This document shows positions 17,666 to 27,562 of a stretch of DNA of 64,000 nt, one piece after another. The notes beneath the pieces are model-generated. The model was given only the letters and a program-made list of their open reading frames with translations. It was not told the origin of the DNA and searched no databases. Within the stretch, counting starts at the first letter, position 1, and the number at the start of each line of letters is the position of its first letter. A program made the position numbers and the translations under genes. Source of the stretch: Candidatus Fermentibacteraceae bacterium. Lineage in GTDB: Bacteria; Fermentibacterota; Fermentibacteria; Fermentibacterales; JCC-6. The stretch covers positions 1 through 64,000 of the forward strand of contig JBGSZS010000008.1 of assembly GCA_041750285.1 (NCBI GenBank), in the 5' to 3' direction.

Positions 17666-20071
17666 CTACCTCACCACCATGAAGCGGGTCGTGGCGGTGG
17701 TGCCGCCCCCTGTGAAGCGGGCGACGTAGAAACCGGCGGGAACCGGCCTGTTGCCGGAATCCCTGAGGTTCCAGACCAGGTTGTGGATGCCTGAGCCTGT
17801 TTCACCGTTCACGAGGGTGACCACGCTCCTGCCGGCAAGGTCGAACACCTCGAGGGTGACCGGGCCTGCCTGGGCAAGGCTGTAGCCCAGAGACACCGAT
17901 TCCCGTGCCGGGTTGGGCGCTGCGGGGGTGATGCCCGTGAACAGGGCGGGGGAAGCGGTGTGCTCCAGAGCGGTGCCGGTTACCGCGATGGTTCCCTGGT
18001 ACGGAAGCTCGTTCCTGGCCCAGACCGTTACGGCGATGGTTCCCGTCGTGGCCGGGTTGACGTAAACCTCGGCGGTGCCGGAAGAGTTGGTGTACTCGAC
18101 ACCGTAGACCTCGCCGGTCTGCCAGTCACCCTTCTGGAGGCATACCCTGGCGTTGGCCACGGGAGAGCCGCCCTGGGTGACCGTGATCGTCACCGTGCCG
18201 GCCTGGTTCACGCTGGCGGGGTGGACGACGGTGAGTTCCGCAGGCACTTCCGTCCAGATCGGAAGTTCGGGGTCGCCGAACAGGTTGTACTCCTTCAGGC
18301 ACCAGTCCATGTAGGTGCTGTCGGGGGGGCAGTAGAAGTCCATGCTCGTGCCGTGGGCGATGCCGAAGATGTAGATGTCGTTGTCCCAGTGGTCCTGGTA
18401 GAACCTTATGCAGAGCATCTCACTCGGGCCGGTGCAGGGCCCGGCGAAGTTGCCGAAGCCGTAGCGGCTGTTGAAGCAGCCGAATCCGCCGCCGTTGGGG
18501 GATGCCACCCAGGCGTCGCCGCAGCAGTCGGAGCCGTAGTCGAGCGCGCCGATGAGGCAGGAAATGGACTGCCAGAGCGCTGGAAGGCCGCCGCTCTGGA
18601 TGTTGGTCTGGGCCATGATGTGCGCCACCGTGTAGTTGCTGTTCTGGGAGGTCCACATGTAGGTCTGGGAGCCGTGGCTCGCGTGGTAGACATGGTGCGG
18701 ACCGGCGTTGATCATGTTGATGGTGTTGGTTGCGTTGTTGGTGCCGTTGGATTCGTAGAGCTTCTCCTCTTCCCATGAGGAGGAGGGAACGAACGTGGAG
18801 ATGGATTCAGCGCTGGCGCTGCCGGGAATGTAGGGGCTGTACCACAGGATACCGGTCGAGTACCCTATGCGGAGTTCGCGGGGGGCGGTCTCGAAGTAGT
18901 CGGTGCGGCCTATCCCCTCGTAGAGGAACACCTTGTTGAGGAAGGTCTGCGCCTCGTCGGCGGTGCTGACACTGGCCCTGCCCACCCAGAGGTCGGGGTG
19001 GTAGTCGACCTGGTCGTAGCCCGAAGGCTGGGGCGACTGGTAGGGATAGGGAACCTCGCCCCAGATGGTGTTGCCGTTCGCGTTCCAGAGGTCCGCCCCA
19101 GGCGCGGTGTCGTTGATGTCCACGAAGTAAAGGTCGGTCGGGCCCATCTCGGTGTAGCCCGCACTCCCTACGAACAGCGCGTGACGGCAGGATACCTTGT
19201 CGTCGTCTCCGAAGAAGAGCACGTAGTCGGTTCCCTGGTCACGGCATTCTGTGAGGAACGCCCTGATCTCCTGCTCGAGGTTCGCCAGAGTGTACTGCGA
19301 TTCGATCCAGGTGGTGGTGTAGACCTTGGCCGGAACACCCTTGGCCGTCTTCCAGTCCGCGAGCTGCTGAGCCTCGCTCTCGAACTCGGGGCTCGTGACT
19401 ATCACGTACTGCCCGAAGGTGAGCTCACGGGGCGAGACCAGGATCGCGCCCGAGGGGCTGACCATATCGGGGTTGACCACCAGTCTCTGTGCGATCTCCA
19501 TGGCCATGGCCTCGCTGGAACCGGTCCTTCTTGTTATGAGGCTGACGGAGGGGTCCTCCCTGTACTCGACCCTTATGGTGAGCTCGTTCAGTATTTGGAG
19601 GGTCCTGTCCGCCGGGTTCCAGCGAACGGGATGAACGGTGAGGTAAGCAATTGGAATTCCCCAGTATACGCTTGAGCTCGTGAGAACGGCCTCTCTCGTC
19701 GGGAAGGCCGTGTCGCGGTCGTAGAAGCGGGGGTCGGGCATGGCCTGTGCGTAGTCCATGGGGACGCTCAGCGGGACGGGAGCGTTGGCGGGCTGGATGT
19801 CGAATGCACCGGGAAGCGTAGTGTAGTCGGCGTTCGTCACTTCGATGCGCGTGGCGATGCAGCCGGTTGGCAGGGCCACCTTCACCGGCATGAGCGGAAG
19901 CCATGGGGCGCCTTCGGTGAAAACGGTGGGAAGCCCGGGAACCGAAACGGCGTCGTACATGCCCTCCCTTGTGATGCGGACGGCGTCCTGATCGAAGGGA
20001 ACGGTTACCGTGAACTCACCCGCCGCGGCTGCCGCGGCTATGAGAAGCAAAATGGCTGACACGGATCTCAT
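17666..20071 (-). CDS. C25 family (gingipain-like) cysteine peptidase with propeptide and FlgD/T9SS-type C-terminal domain
   Basis: Signal peptide; C25 propeptide; YVIVT...LADWKTAKG, DLWVGR, catalytic ASHG and SISC; C-terminal PNP...FDLAGR...GFYVARF. Confidence 0.9.
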   Translation of the reverse strand: MRSVSAILLLIAAAAAAGEFTVTVPFDQDAVRITREGMYDAVSVPGLPTVFTEGAPWLPLMPVKVALPTGCIATRIEVTNADYTTLPGAFDIQPANAPVPLSVPMDYAQAMPDPRFYDRDTAFPTREAVLTSSSVYWGIPIAYLTVHPVRWNPADRTLQILNELTIRVEYREDPSVSLITRRTGSSEAMAMEIAQRLVVNPDMVSPSGAILVSPRELTFGQYVIVTSPEFESEAQQLADWKTAKGVPAKVYTTTWIESQYTLANLEQEIRAFLTECRDQGTDYVLFFGDDDKVSCRHALFVGSAGYTEMGPTDLYFVDINDTAPGADLWNANGNTIWGEVPYPYQSPQPSGYDQVDYHPDLWVGRASVSTADEAQTFLNKVFLYEGIGRTDYFETAPRELRIGYSTGILWYSPYIPGSASAESISTFVPSSSWEEEKLYESNGTNNATNTINMINAGPHHVYHASHGSQTYMWTSQNSNYTVAHIMAQTNIQSGGLPALWQSISCLIGALDYGSDCCGDAWVASPNGGGFGCFNSRYGFGNFAGPCTGPSEMLCIRFYQDHWDNDIYIFGIAHGTSMDFYCPPDSTYMDWCLKEYNLFGDPELPIWTEVPAELTVVHPASVNQAGTVTITVTQGGSPVANARVCLQKGDWQTGEVYGVEYTNSSGTAEVYVNPATTGTIAVTVWARNELPYQGTIAVTGTALEHTASPALFTGITPAAPNPARESVSLGYSLAQAGPVTLEVFDLAGRSVVTLVNGETGSGIHNLVWNLRDSGNRPVPAGFYVARFTGGGTTATTRFMVVR

Positions 20072-20131
20072 GTTCTTCCTTCCTTGGGACATTATCACCT
20101 GATTCCGTTGTGTCCCTCGAATGTGTCTCCC

Positions 20132-20614
20132 CTACCTCTTGTATCCGAAGCGCTTCATAAGTTCCAGCCTGGCTTCGACATCCTCGCGGCATTCCACTGC
20201 GGTCGGGGGTTCGCCGTCGACCACGCCCAGGATGCCTCCGCCCTGTGCGGTCCTTGCCACAATGACCTCAACCGGGTTGGCAGTTGCACAGAATATGCGG
20301 CAAACCTCGGGAACCGCCCTCACCGCCGGAAGGACCTGAATTGGAAAGGCCTTCGCCAGCACGATCATGAAGCAGTGGCCGGCGGCGATCCGCAACAGGT
20401 TGTCTTCTGCGACCTTCTTCAGTTCCAGGTCGTTGCCGTCGCTTCTCACCAGACACGGACCCGAGGCTTCGCTGAATGCCAGGCCGAAAGGCGTGCCGGG
20501 CAGGGTTCCGGTGATCGCCTCGTAGAGGTCTTCAACGGTCTTGATGAAGTGGGACTGACCCAGAATGATGTTGCACCCGTCGGGAAACTCAAGCCTGACG
20601 CTTTCCAGCTCCAT
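20132..20614 (-). CDS. Adenosine-specific kinase family protein (PAE2307-like)
   Basis: NIILGQSHFIKTVEDL, AFSEASG, IFCATANP, GILGVVDG and FGYKR motifs. Confidence 0.92.
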   Translation of the reverse strand: MELESVRLEFPDGCNIILGQSHFIKTVEDLYEAITGTLPGTPFGLAFSEASGPCLVRSDGNDLELKKVAEDNLLRIAAGHCFMIVLAKAFPIQVLPAVRAVPEVCRIFCATANPVEVIVARTAQGGGILGVVDGEPPTAVECREDVEARLELMKRFGYKR

Positions 20615-20625
20615 GCCCGCTCCTC

Positions 20626-22011
20626 TCACCTGTAGATCCCCTTGAACACGTCCTTCATCTCCGGCACTCCGCCCTGGAGTATCAGGTACCCGTCGGGAGG
20701 CTCGCTCACCGTGATGTCGCCGCCTATGGGGGTCTGCATCAGTTTCTGGACGCCTTCATGGGTGTCCTCCACGGCCAGGGCCCAGCAGAGCTTCACGTAG
20801 GCGGCCTCGGGGAGCATGTTGGCAAGGGGTACCACGCCCCTTTCCATGAGAAGCCTGCCTGTGTCGTAGACGTACATCTGGGTGAAACCCCAGAGCGTCT
20901 GGACCGTCATGAAAACGTGAACGCCCGCTTCGGTGGCTTTCCTGAGGGGCTCGTAAAGGGGCTTGTTCACATGGCCGAGACCGGTGCCCGCAATGATTAT
21001 CCCCCTGTAGCCGTTGTCAACCAAACTGTCGATCATGTCGGGCTTCATGTTCGGGTAGTAGTAGACCATGGCCACCCGGTCATCGAAAACGGGCCGGATC
21101 AGGGGTTTCCGTGTGGCATCCCTGCGGCGGTAGTCATCCTTCAGATAGGTGAAGCTCTCACGGTCAACCATGGCCAGCGGTCTGTCACCGATCGTCCTGA
21201 ATGTGCTTCTGTAGCTGGAGTGCATCTTGCGCACCCTGGTTCCCCGGTGGAGCAGGCCGTACCGGTCGCTGGTGGGGCCGAACATGCACACCATGACCTC
21301 GGCTGCGTCGCAGTAGGCCGCGGTTCTCGTTGCATGGATGAGGTTGAGGGCGGCGTCGCTCGAGGGTCTGTCGCTCGAGCGCTGGCTGCCCACGAGCACG
21401 ACCGGTACGGGAAGGTCCTGGCACATGTAGGACAGGATGGCCGCGGTGTGATGGAGTGTGTCGGTGCCATGACCGATGACGATGCCCGCCACGCCCTTCT
21501 CGATCTCCCTGGCGATCCCCTCCGCCAGGGCCTTGTACTGAACGGGTCCCATGTCCTCGCTGAAGATGCCGAACAGCTTCTCGGTTTCGAGGTTGCAGAT
21601 GTCGGCAAGTTCGGGCACCGCACCGTAGAGCTCGCCGGGGCTGAACGCCGGAATGACGGCGCCTGTCTTGTAATCGAGCCTGCTGGCGATGGTGCCGCCC
21701 GTTCCGAAAAGCATCACCCTGGGGTGGGCGGGGTCCATCGGGAACTGCTGCTCGGGAATGTGGTAGTTCGCCTTCCGTGAGCCCTTCACGCTCACTCCGT
21801 CAATCTTGAGTGCGCTGATGCCTATGTTGTAGCCCGTGGCCAGCTTGAGCACCAGGTGGTTCTCGTCGGCGGTTTCGCTGCGGGGCAGCACCACCCCCTC
21901 GAACGTGTTCGGGCCCGCGGTTATGGTCACGTCGTCCCAAACCTGGATGCCCAGCCTTTCCATAACTTCCCGGGTGGGATTCCTGTAGCCCTTGAAGGAG
22001 TCGTCGTTCAT
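20626..22011 (-). CDS. gatD: Glu-tRNA(Gln) amidotransferase subunit D (archaeal-type)
   Basis: GatD N-domain (EGVVLPRSE...VLKLATGYNIGI) plus asparaginase core TGGTIASRLDYKTGAV, HGTDT, GSQRSSDRPSSD, GTRVRKMH, GTGLGH and MLPEAAYVKLCW. Confidence 0.9.
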   Translation of the reverse strand: MNDDSFKGYRNPTREVMERLGIQVWDDVTITAGPNTFEGVVLPRSETADENHLVLKLATGYNIGISALKIDGVSVKGSRKANYHIPEQQFPMDPAHPRVMLFGTGGTIASRLDYKTGAVIPAFSPGELYGAVPELADICNLETEKLFGIFSEDMGPVQYKALAEGIAREIEKGVAGIVIGHGTDTLHHTAAILSYMCQDLPVPVVLVGSQRSSDRPSSDAALNLIHATRTAAYCDAAEVMVCMFGPTSDRYGLLHRGTRVRKMHSSYRSTFRTIGDRPLAMVDRESFTYLKDDYRRRDATRKPLIRPVFDDRVAMVYYYPNMKPDMIDSLVDNGYRGIIIAGTGLGHVNKPLYEPLRKATEAGVHVFMTVQTLWGFTQMYVYDTGRLLMERGVVPLANMLPEAAYVKLCWALAVEDTHEGVQKLMQTPIGGDITVSEPPDGYLILQGGVPEMKDVFKGIYR

Positions 22012-22021
22012 ACCGGTCCCC

Positions 22022-23452
22022 TCAGAATCTCCGCCTTCTTCTGGCGGATTCGATGCCCAGTTCCATCCTGTAGTTCGCAACCGTGCGGCGCTTCACCGGC
22101 ATTCCCATGTCGGAGAGTATCGCCGAAAGCCTCTCGTCGGACAGGGGGGCGGAAGGGTTCTCGTGGCTCACGAGCCTTTTTATCTCCTCCCTGACCCTGG
22201 CGGCGGAAGTGTCTGTCTCACCGCTTCCCGCGGCCCTGCTGAAGTAGAACTTCATCTCGTGAATCCCCTGGGGCGACTGCACGTACTTGCCGTTTATCGC
22301 CCTGCTTATGGTGGAGGCGTTGTATCCCAGGGCATCCGCCGCCTGCTGCAGGGTGAGCGGGCGAAGATAATCAAGCCCGTGCAGAAGGAAATCCCCCTGA
22401 GCCTCCACAAGGAAGCGGCCGATGCGGAGCACCGTGTCCTGGCGCTGGGAGATGGCCCTGATGAACCAGCCAGCCCTTTTGAACTTGGTCTTGACGTACT
22501 CCCTCTCGACCGGTGAAGCCGAGGGCGACTCGAGCACCCTTCTGTTCCTCTCGCTGATGTGAAGCCTGGGGAACCGGCTGTCGTTGAGGAACACCACGAA
22601 GCTGTCGTCGGTCCTGTCTATGATGAGGTCGGGTATCACCACTGTGTTGGTGTCGGGGCTGAAATCGGCGCCCGGCCACGGGTTCAGGGAGAGAATGACC
22701 TTCGACGCCTCCTCGATCCTCGAAGGGGTCACCCCGAGGGCTCTGGCGATTGCGGGGATCCTGCGGGACGCAAGATCGTCGAAATGCTCGGAGAGGATCC
22801 TGAACTCCAGCGAGTCTTCCCGGTAACCCCTTGCCCTGAGCTGAAACTTGAGCACGTCTTCAGCGGACTGCTGCCCAACTCCCTGGGGATCGAGACCCTT
22901 CACGACTTCGAGCGCCCTGTAAATCAGCTCGGGGTCCCCCTCCCATCCGGCGAGAAGCTCCAGAATGCCACAACAGAGAAGACCATGCCTGTCAAGCGAG
23001 TAAATGACGTAGGCGGCAGCGGTCTCGATGTCCTCACCAAGGCCGAGGTTCTGAACCTGCCGGATAAGGTATTCCGAGAGCGTGATCCTGCTCTCTGGTT
23101 CGGGACGCCATGGGTCTTCGTCCTGAATCGATCCCCCGGAGGGGTATTCGCCCGAATCCTCCTCGAGCTGTCTGAGGATGTCCATGGTGTCCTCTTCGGT
23201 CTCGTCCTGCCTTGCGGGCTCTTCCTCCGCGTCCTGATCGGGCGCTTCCTGTTCGGGCTCGTCCGCTCCCTGTTGCAGGGGGTCAACCTCCTCGAGAAGC
23301 GGGTTGTCGGAAAGCTCCTGTCTGATCAGGGCCTCGAGTTCCAGGGATGAGAGCTGAAGCATCTCCAGCTGCTGGCGCAGTGACTGCGTCATAACCAGCT
23401 TCTGGGTCTGGGTGAGCTCCAGTTGGTGTCTCATCTCCTGCATCGCACTCAC
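22022..23452 (-). CDS. rpoN: RNA polymerase sigma-54 factor
   Basis: Gln/Leu-rich region I, NPLLE, STISRA, PLSD; RpoN box variant KRRTVANYR. Confidence 0.95.
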   Translation of the reverse strand: MSAMQEMRHQLELTQTQKLVMTQSLRQQLEMLQLSSLELEALIRQELSDNPLLEEVDPLQQGADEPEQEAPDQDAEEEPARQDETEEDTMDILRQLEEDSGEYPSGGSIQDEDPWRPEPESRITLSEYLIRQVQNLGLGEDIETAAAYVIYSLDRHGLLCCGILELLAGWEGDPELIYRALEVVKGLDPQGVGQQSAEDVLKFQLRARGYREDSLEFRILSEHFDDLASRRIPAIARALGVTPSRIEEASKVILSLNPWPGADFSPDTNTVVIPDLIIDRTDDSFVVFLNDSRFPRLHISERNRRVLESPSASPVEREYVKTKFKRAGWFIRAISQRQDTVLRIGRFLVEAQGDFLLHGLDYLRPLTLQQAADALGYNASTISRAINGKYVQSPQGIHEMKFYFSRAAGSGETDTSAARVREEIKRLVSHENPSAPLSDERLSAILSDMGMPVKRRTVANYRMELGIESARRRRRF

Positions 23453-24183
23453 AGCCTGAACTTCTCCCCGAGATAGATCTTCCTTGCCTCGGGGTCTTCC
23501 GCGAGCTGGGCCGCAGAACCCGAGATCAGTATCCGCCCGTCGTACATGATGTATGCCCTGTCGGTAATCGCAAGGGTCTCACGAACATTGTGGTCGGTGA
23601 TGAGCACCCCGAGCCCGCGTCGGGCAAGCCCGGCGACGATCTCCTGGATCTCGTTCACGGCAATCGGGTCGATCCCTGCGAAAGGCTCGTCCAGAAGCAT
23701 GTAACCGGGCTGGGTCACCAAAGCCCTGGCGATCTCGACCCTCCTCCTCTCACCCCCCGAAAGGGTGTATGCCTTCTGGGACTCGAGGTGGGAAACGCCA
23801 AGATCGTGAAGGAGCTTGTCGCACCTCTCGTTCCTCTCCGGGCGGGTGAGTTTCATGGTCTCGAGAATGCTCATCAGGTTGTCCCTTACCGTCATCTTTC
23901 GGAAAACGCTGGATTCCTGGGACAGGTAGCCGATGCCAAGCCTCGCCCGGCGGTACATGGGAAGTCTGGTGATGTTCTGCCCGTCGAGCCAGACACTTCC
24001 CGAGTCGGGTCTGATGAACCCCACGATCTGATAGAAGGTTGTCGTCTTGCCGGCCCCGTTCGGGCCGAGGAGGCCCACGATCTCGCCCGGATGGACCTCG
24101 ACGCTTACTCCGTCGACCACCCTGCGCTTGCGGTAGGCTTTTACAAGCTCCCTGGCCTCGAGAATCCTCGAATCATCACTCAC
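23449..24183 (-). CDS. lptB: LPS export ABC transporter ATP-binding protein
   Basis: GPNGAGKTT, LSGGERRRVEIAR, DEPFAGIDP, TDHNVRETL and YLGEKFRL motifs. Confidence 0.97.
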   Translation of the reverse strand: MSDDSRILEARELVKAYRKRRVVDGVSVEVHPGEIVGLLGPNGAGKTTTFYQIVGFIRPDSGSVWLDGQNITRLPMYRRARLGIGYLSQESSVFRKMTVRDNLMSILETMKLTRPERNERCDKLLHDLGVSHLESQKAYTLSGGERRRVEIARALVTQPGYMLLDEPFAGIDPIAVNEIQEIVAGLARRGLGVLITDHNVRETLAITDRAYIMYDGRILISGSAAQLAEDPEARKIYLGEKFRL

Positions 24184-25219
24184 GAAAATCTCCGCTCCAG
24201 CTGTAGGTTCCCCTGACGGAGCCCCATGCGGTAACCCTTTGCATCTCCCCTGCTCCGAAACGAAGGATTATGTCCTCCGCGGTGATGGTGTTGGCCTCGT
24301 TTCTCTCGACACCTTCGGTTACCGCGTTCAGTGTGGCGGTTCCCGACAGGTGCAGCGAGTCAAGCTCGGTCTCCTCCCCGGGGAGAAACCCGAAAAAGGC
24401 GCGCTGCGAGGAGAAATCCACCGTCGTTGTGTCGTCCCTGCTAAGGTGTCCCCTGGCGTTGCCCTCGATCCGGAGCGCCGAAAGGTCGCCTCCCCTGAGG
24501 AGCACCTCCATCCAGTCTCCGTTCATGGTGCCCTCGGGAGCCTCGATCTCGGGAGTCCCGACAAGCTCGAGCCTTTCTTCCTCTCCGTGGTAAAGAAGGT
24601 ACTCGGCAAGCGCTGTGAACTCCCTCGAAGGCATTCTGAGAACGGCATCGCCCTGGGCTTCCGCCCTGTCATCGTCGAGGAAGAACTCGAGCCGCTGGGC
24701 GGTGATGGTCAGGGAATCGCCGCCCTCGAGCCTTTTCAGAACAGGCTCGCTGGTCACGAACAGGCTTCCCCTTTCGCCGTCGTAGAGTGCGTACTCACCG
24801 GTTACCTCCCCGAGCCACTCCCCTGTCATCACGACCGAACCCAGTGCGGTTGCCTTGTTCATGAACCTGAACCAGGTGATCCGGTCGGCCCTGAGGGTGC
24901 TCTCACCATCGTTCAGGACGGCATTGCCGTTTATCTGCAGGAGCCCCGATGGCCGGGAGTACGACAGGAATGCTCCGGTGGCGGTTATCGAATCGTGGTT
25001 CACATGCACGTTGTCATGGAACTCGGCGATCTGCGCGGTCTCGTAGATCGTTGCCCTGTCGGATGTGACCGTGACCTCGCCGTCGGTCACCATAACGTTC
25101 TCCAGAAGCTCCATGACCACCGTTCCATCCTCCAGTTCAGTGGACACGGCACGGAGGGCGGTGACGGTGAAGACCCCGGCAAACGCGGTACATGAAAGTA
25201 GAAGAACGGTCCTAATCAA
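24176..25219 (-). CDS. lptA: LptA/OstA-like beta-jellyroll LPS transport protein
   Basis: Signal peptide; repeated beta-strand units; lies between lptC and lptB. Confidence 0.75.
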   Translation of the reverse strand: MIRTVLLLSCTAFAGVFTVTALRAVSTELEDGTVVMELLENVMVTDGEVTVTSDRATIYETAQIAEFHDNVHVNHDSITATGAFLSYSRPSGLLQINGNAVLNDGESTLRADRITWFRFMNKATALGSVVMTGEWLGEVTGEYALYDGERGSLFVTSEPVLKRLEGGDSLTITAQRLEFFLDDDRAEAQGDAVLRMPSREFTALAEYLLYHGEEERLELVGTPEIEAPEGTMNGDWMEVLLRGGDLSALRIEGNARGHLSRDDTTTVDFSSQRAFFGFLPGEETELDSLHLSGTATLNAVTEGVERNEANTITAEDIILRFGAGEMQRVTAWGSVRGTYSWSGDFRE

Positions 25220-25751
25220 GATCCGTCACCTCGCCGCTGTAGACGGCCTGAAACGATTCATGGACCTGAACGTCGCCCACGGTCCCGAGACCGGTGTCGA
25301 GCGTGACCCCCATGCCCCGCAGAACCGTTACACCGTCATCTTCCGGGACCGTGAACACAGCAAGACAATCCGTGTGGAACACGCCCAGTGAATCGTCCCA
25401 TTCCAGGAGCTGTGTCTCGAGAATGCGTCCGCCGGTGTTCTCGGCAACCACCGACCCCCAGAGAACGGTTCGGCCCGAAGTGAGGTTCGCCCGCCCGGAG
25501 TCGGAACTCACGGTGCTTTCAGGAAGATTGTTCTCGAAAAATGTTATGAAGACGCCTGTGAGGGTCACGAGGCTGTCCTCCTCGAGGTAGATCGCGGTGT
25601 CTCCCTGAAGGCTCCATGACCTTCCGGCACCTTCTGCCTGCGTGAGCCTGAAGCCGGAAACGGTCTGGATCCTCCCGGTGTCGGAGGAGTAGTCTCCGGG
25701 CTGCTCACCGCACGACAGGCCTGAAAGCAGGGCTGCGGCCCCAGCGATCAT
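25212..25751 (-). CDS. lptC: LPS export periplasmic protein LptC
   Basis: WSLQGDTA...VSSDSG...LETQLLEW pattern; synteny. Confidence 0.75.
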   Translation of the reverse strand: MIAGAAALLSGLSCGEQPGDYSSDTGRIQTVSGFRLTQAEGAGRSWSLQGDTAIYLEEDSLVTLTGVFITFFENNLPESTVSSDSGRANLTSGRTVLWGSVVAENTGGRILETQLLEWDDSLGVFHTDCLAVFTVPEDDGVTVLRGMGVTLDTGLGTVGDVQVHESFQAVYSGEVTDLD

Positions 25752-26601
25752 GAAACCAAATCCACTGGCCGGGCTCCTCAACGATCCACTCCCCGATCCT
25801 GCTGTTGAATACACCTGTCAGGGCGGTGACCCCCTCCTCGCCTTCCATGCCCTCCGTATCAACCGGGGGATCGATGACGAGAAGGTAGTCCATGCCAACC
25901 CGTCTTATATGAAGAGTAATGGCGGGAATGCCAAACCTGAGACAGATGGCGGCGGGACCCGTGGGGGTCAGGGCGGGAATGCCGAGGAAGGGAACGAAGC
26001 GCCCTTCGACGGCTTTTGTCTCCTGATCTATGAGTATGCCAACCGCGGTGTTCTTCCGCAGTGTTCTCAGAAGCCTCATGGCCCCTTCGCCCCTGTCGAT
26101 GGTCTCCACCCCGAACCTTTGCCTCAGGTTGTCGAGTTCTGAGGAGACCCTGGGGTTCCAGAGTTTGCGCCCCACGATGCCCACCCTGTGCCCGAGAAGG
26201 GTGACAGCCCGTGGAATGAGTTCCCAGGCCGAGTAATGGGCGGTGATGACAACGGCTCCTTTGCCGAGCGCCATCACCGCATCGAGGTGATGCGCACCCT
26301 CAACCTTCACGACACTTCGGAAGCCCTCGTCGTCCATGGAGGAAAGCCTTATGAAATCCATCATTCCCGCGGCCATGTGCCTGTAGACCTCGCGGGGTCT
26401 CACTGAAAGGCCCAGGGGAGCGGCCACCATTTTCACGTTCCGGTCCATGAAACGCCGTGACCTGCCCGGAAGGGCTGCTGCGATGACGCCCAGAACGCCG
26501 GCTGCGAACCACCCCAGTCTTCTGGGAAGCACGGATCCCACCGCTGTAAGCCACCGGGTGAGCGCAGGTTCGAGCCGCCTGTGTCTGAACCGTCGGAGCA
26601 A
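25705..26601 (-). CDS. Lipid A late acyltransferase (LpxL/HtrB family)
   Basis: TAHYSAWE, ILIDQ, VPFLG and PGQWIWFHDRW motifs. Confidence 0.9.
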   Translation of the reverse strand: MLRRFRHRRLEPALTRWLTAVGSVLPRRLGWFAAGVLGVIAAALPGRSRRFMDRNVKMVAAPLGLSVRPREVYRHMAAGMMDFIRLSSMDDEGFRSVVKVEGAHHLDAVMALGKGAVVITAHYSAWELIPRAVTLLGHRVGIVGRKLWNPRVSSELDNLRQRFGVETIDRGEGAMRLLRTLRKNTAVGILIDQETKAVEGRFVPFLGIPALTPTGPAAICLRFGIPAITLHIRRVGMDYLLVIDPPVDTEGMEGEEGVTALTGVFNSRIGEWIVEEPGQWIWFHDRWGRSPAFRPVVR

Positions 26602-26605
26602 GATC

Positions 26606-27562
26606 CTACCTGACCCCTTCCCTGAGGGCGTCGTGCAGGTAAAGTATGCCTTTCGGTCTGCCCCCGTCATCCACCGCCACGATGGAAGTGATGCCCCTGG
26701 TCTCCATTGCGGCCACAGCGGTCGCTGCCGGTTCGGCAGGGCTGACGACGGCAGGGTTCCGGACGAGGACATCGGAGAGCGTAAGGTTGAGGATGTCGGC
26801 CCTGTTCCTCATGAGGCGTCCGAGGTCTCCGTAGACGAAGATGCCCGAAAGGCGTCCGTCGTGGTCGGTCGTTATGCATACACCACGGTGTCTGGTCATC
26901 ACCTCGACGGCCTCGGAGAGAGGAATATCCTGGCAGACCACGGGCAGGGAGTCGCACGCCATTATGTCACTCACCCTGAGAAGAAGCTTTCTCCCAAGCA
27001 TTCCGCCGGGGTGGACATGTGCGAAGTCTTCAGGTGAGAACCCGCTGATGCGGAGAAGCGCCATGGCCAGAGCATCGCCCAGGGCCATCATGGTGGTGGT
27101 GCTTGCCGTGGGCGCAAGATTGTAGGGACACGCCTCCTCGAAGGACGGCAGCAGGAGTACGGCTCTGGAAGCCCGGGCCAGTATTGAATCGCCATGGCAG
27201 GTCATGGACACCACGGGCATGTCAAGACGTGCAAGGGCAGGTATCATGGCTGCTATCTCCGGTGTTTCGCCACTTTTGGAAAGGACCAGGGCGCTGTCGC
27301 CCCGGGCGAGAATGCCAATGTCGCCGTGAATGCCCTCGGCCGGATGAAGGAAGTATGCCGGCGAGCCGGTGCTTGTAAGGGTGGCGGCTATCTTTCTGGC
27401 CACATGGCCCGATTTCCCCATGCCGCATACGACGATCTTGCCCGTGGTCTCGCTGAGTACGGTGACCGCCCTGTCAAAGCTTTCCTTGTTGAGGCGGATG
27501 CTTTCCGTGAGCCACCGGGCCTCGATGCCTATAACCCGCAGGGCCTCTTCATAGCAGTTCAC
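26606..27562 (-). CDS. kdsD: Arabinose-5-phosphate isomerase (KpsF/GutQ, SIS+CBS)
   Basis: GMGKSGH, HGDIG, EACPYNLAPTAST and HPGG motifs. Confidence 0.95.
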   Translation of the reverse strand: MNCYEEALRVIGIEARWLTESIRLNKESFDRAVTVLSETTGKIVVCGMGKSGHVARKIAATLTSTGSPAYFLHPAEGIHGDIGILARGDSALVLSKSGETPEIAAMIPALARLDMPVVSMTCHGDSILARASRAVLLLPSFEEACPYNLAPTASTTTMMALGDALAMALLRISGFSPEDFAHVHPGGMLGRKLLLRVSDIMACDSLPVVCQDIPLSEAVEVMTRHRGVCITTDHDGRLSGIFVYGDLGRLMRNRADILNLTLSDVLVRNPAVVSPAEPAATAVAAMETRGITSIVAVDDGGRPKGILYLHDALREGVR

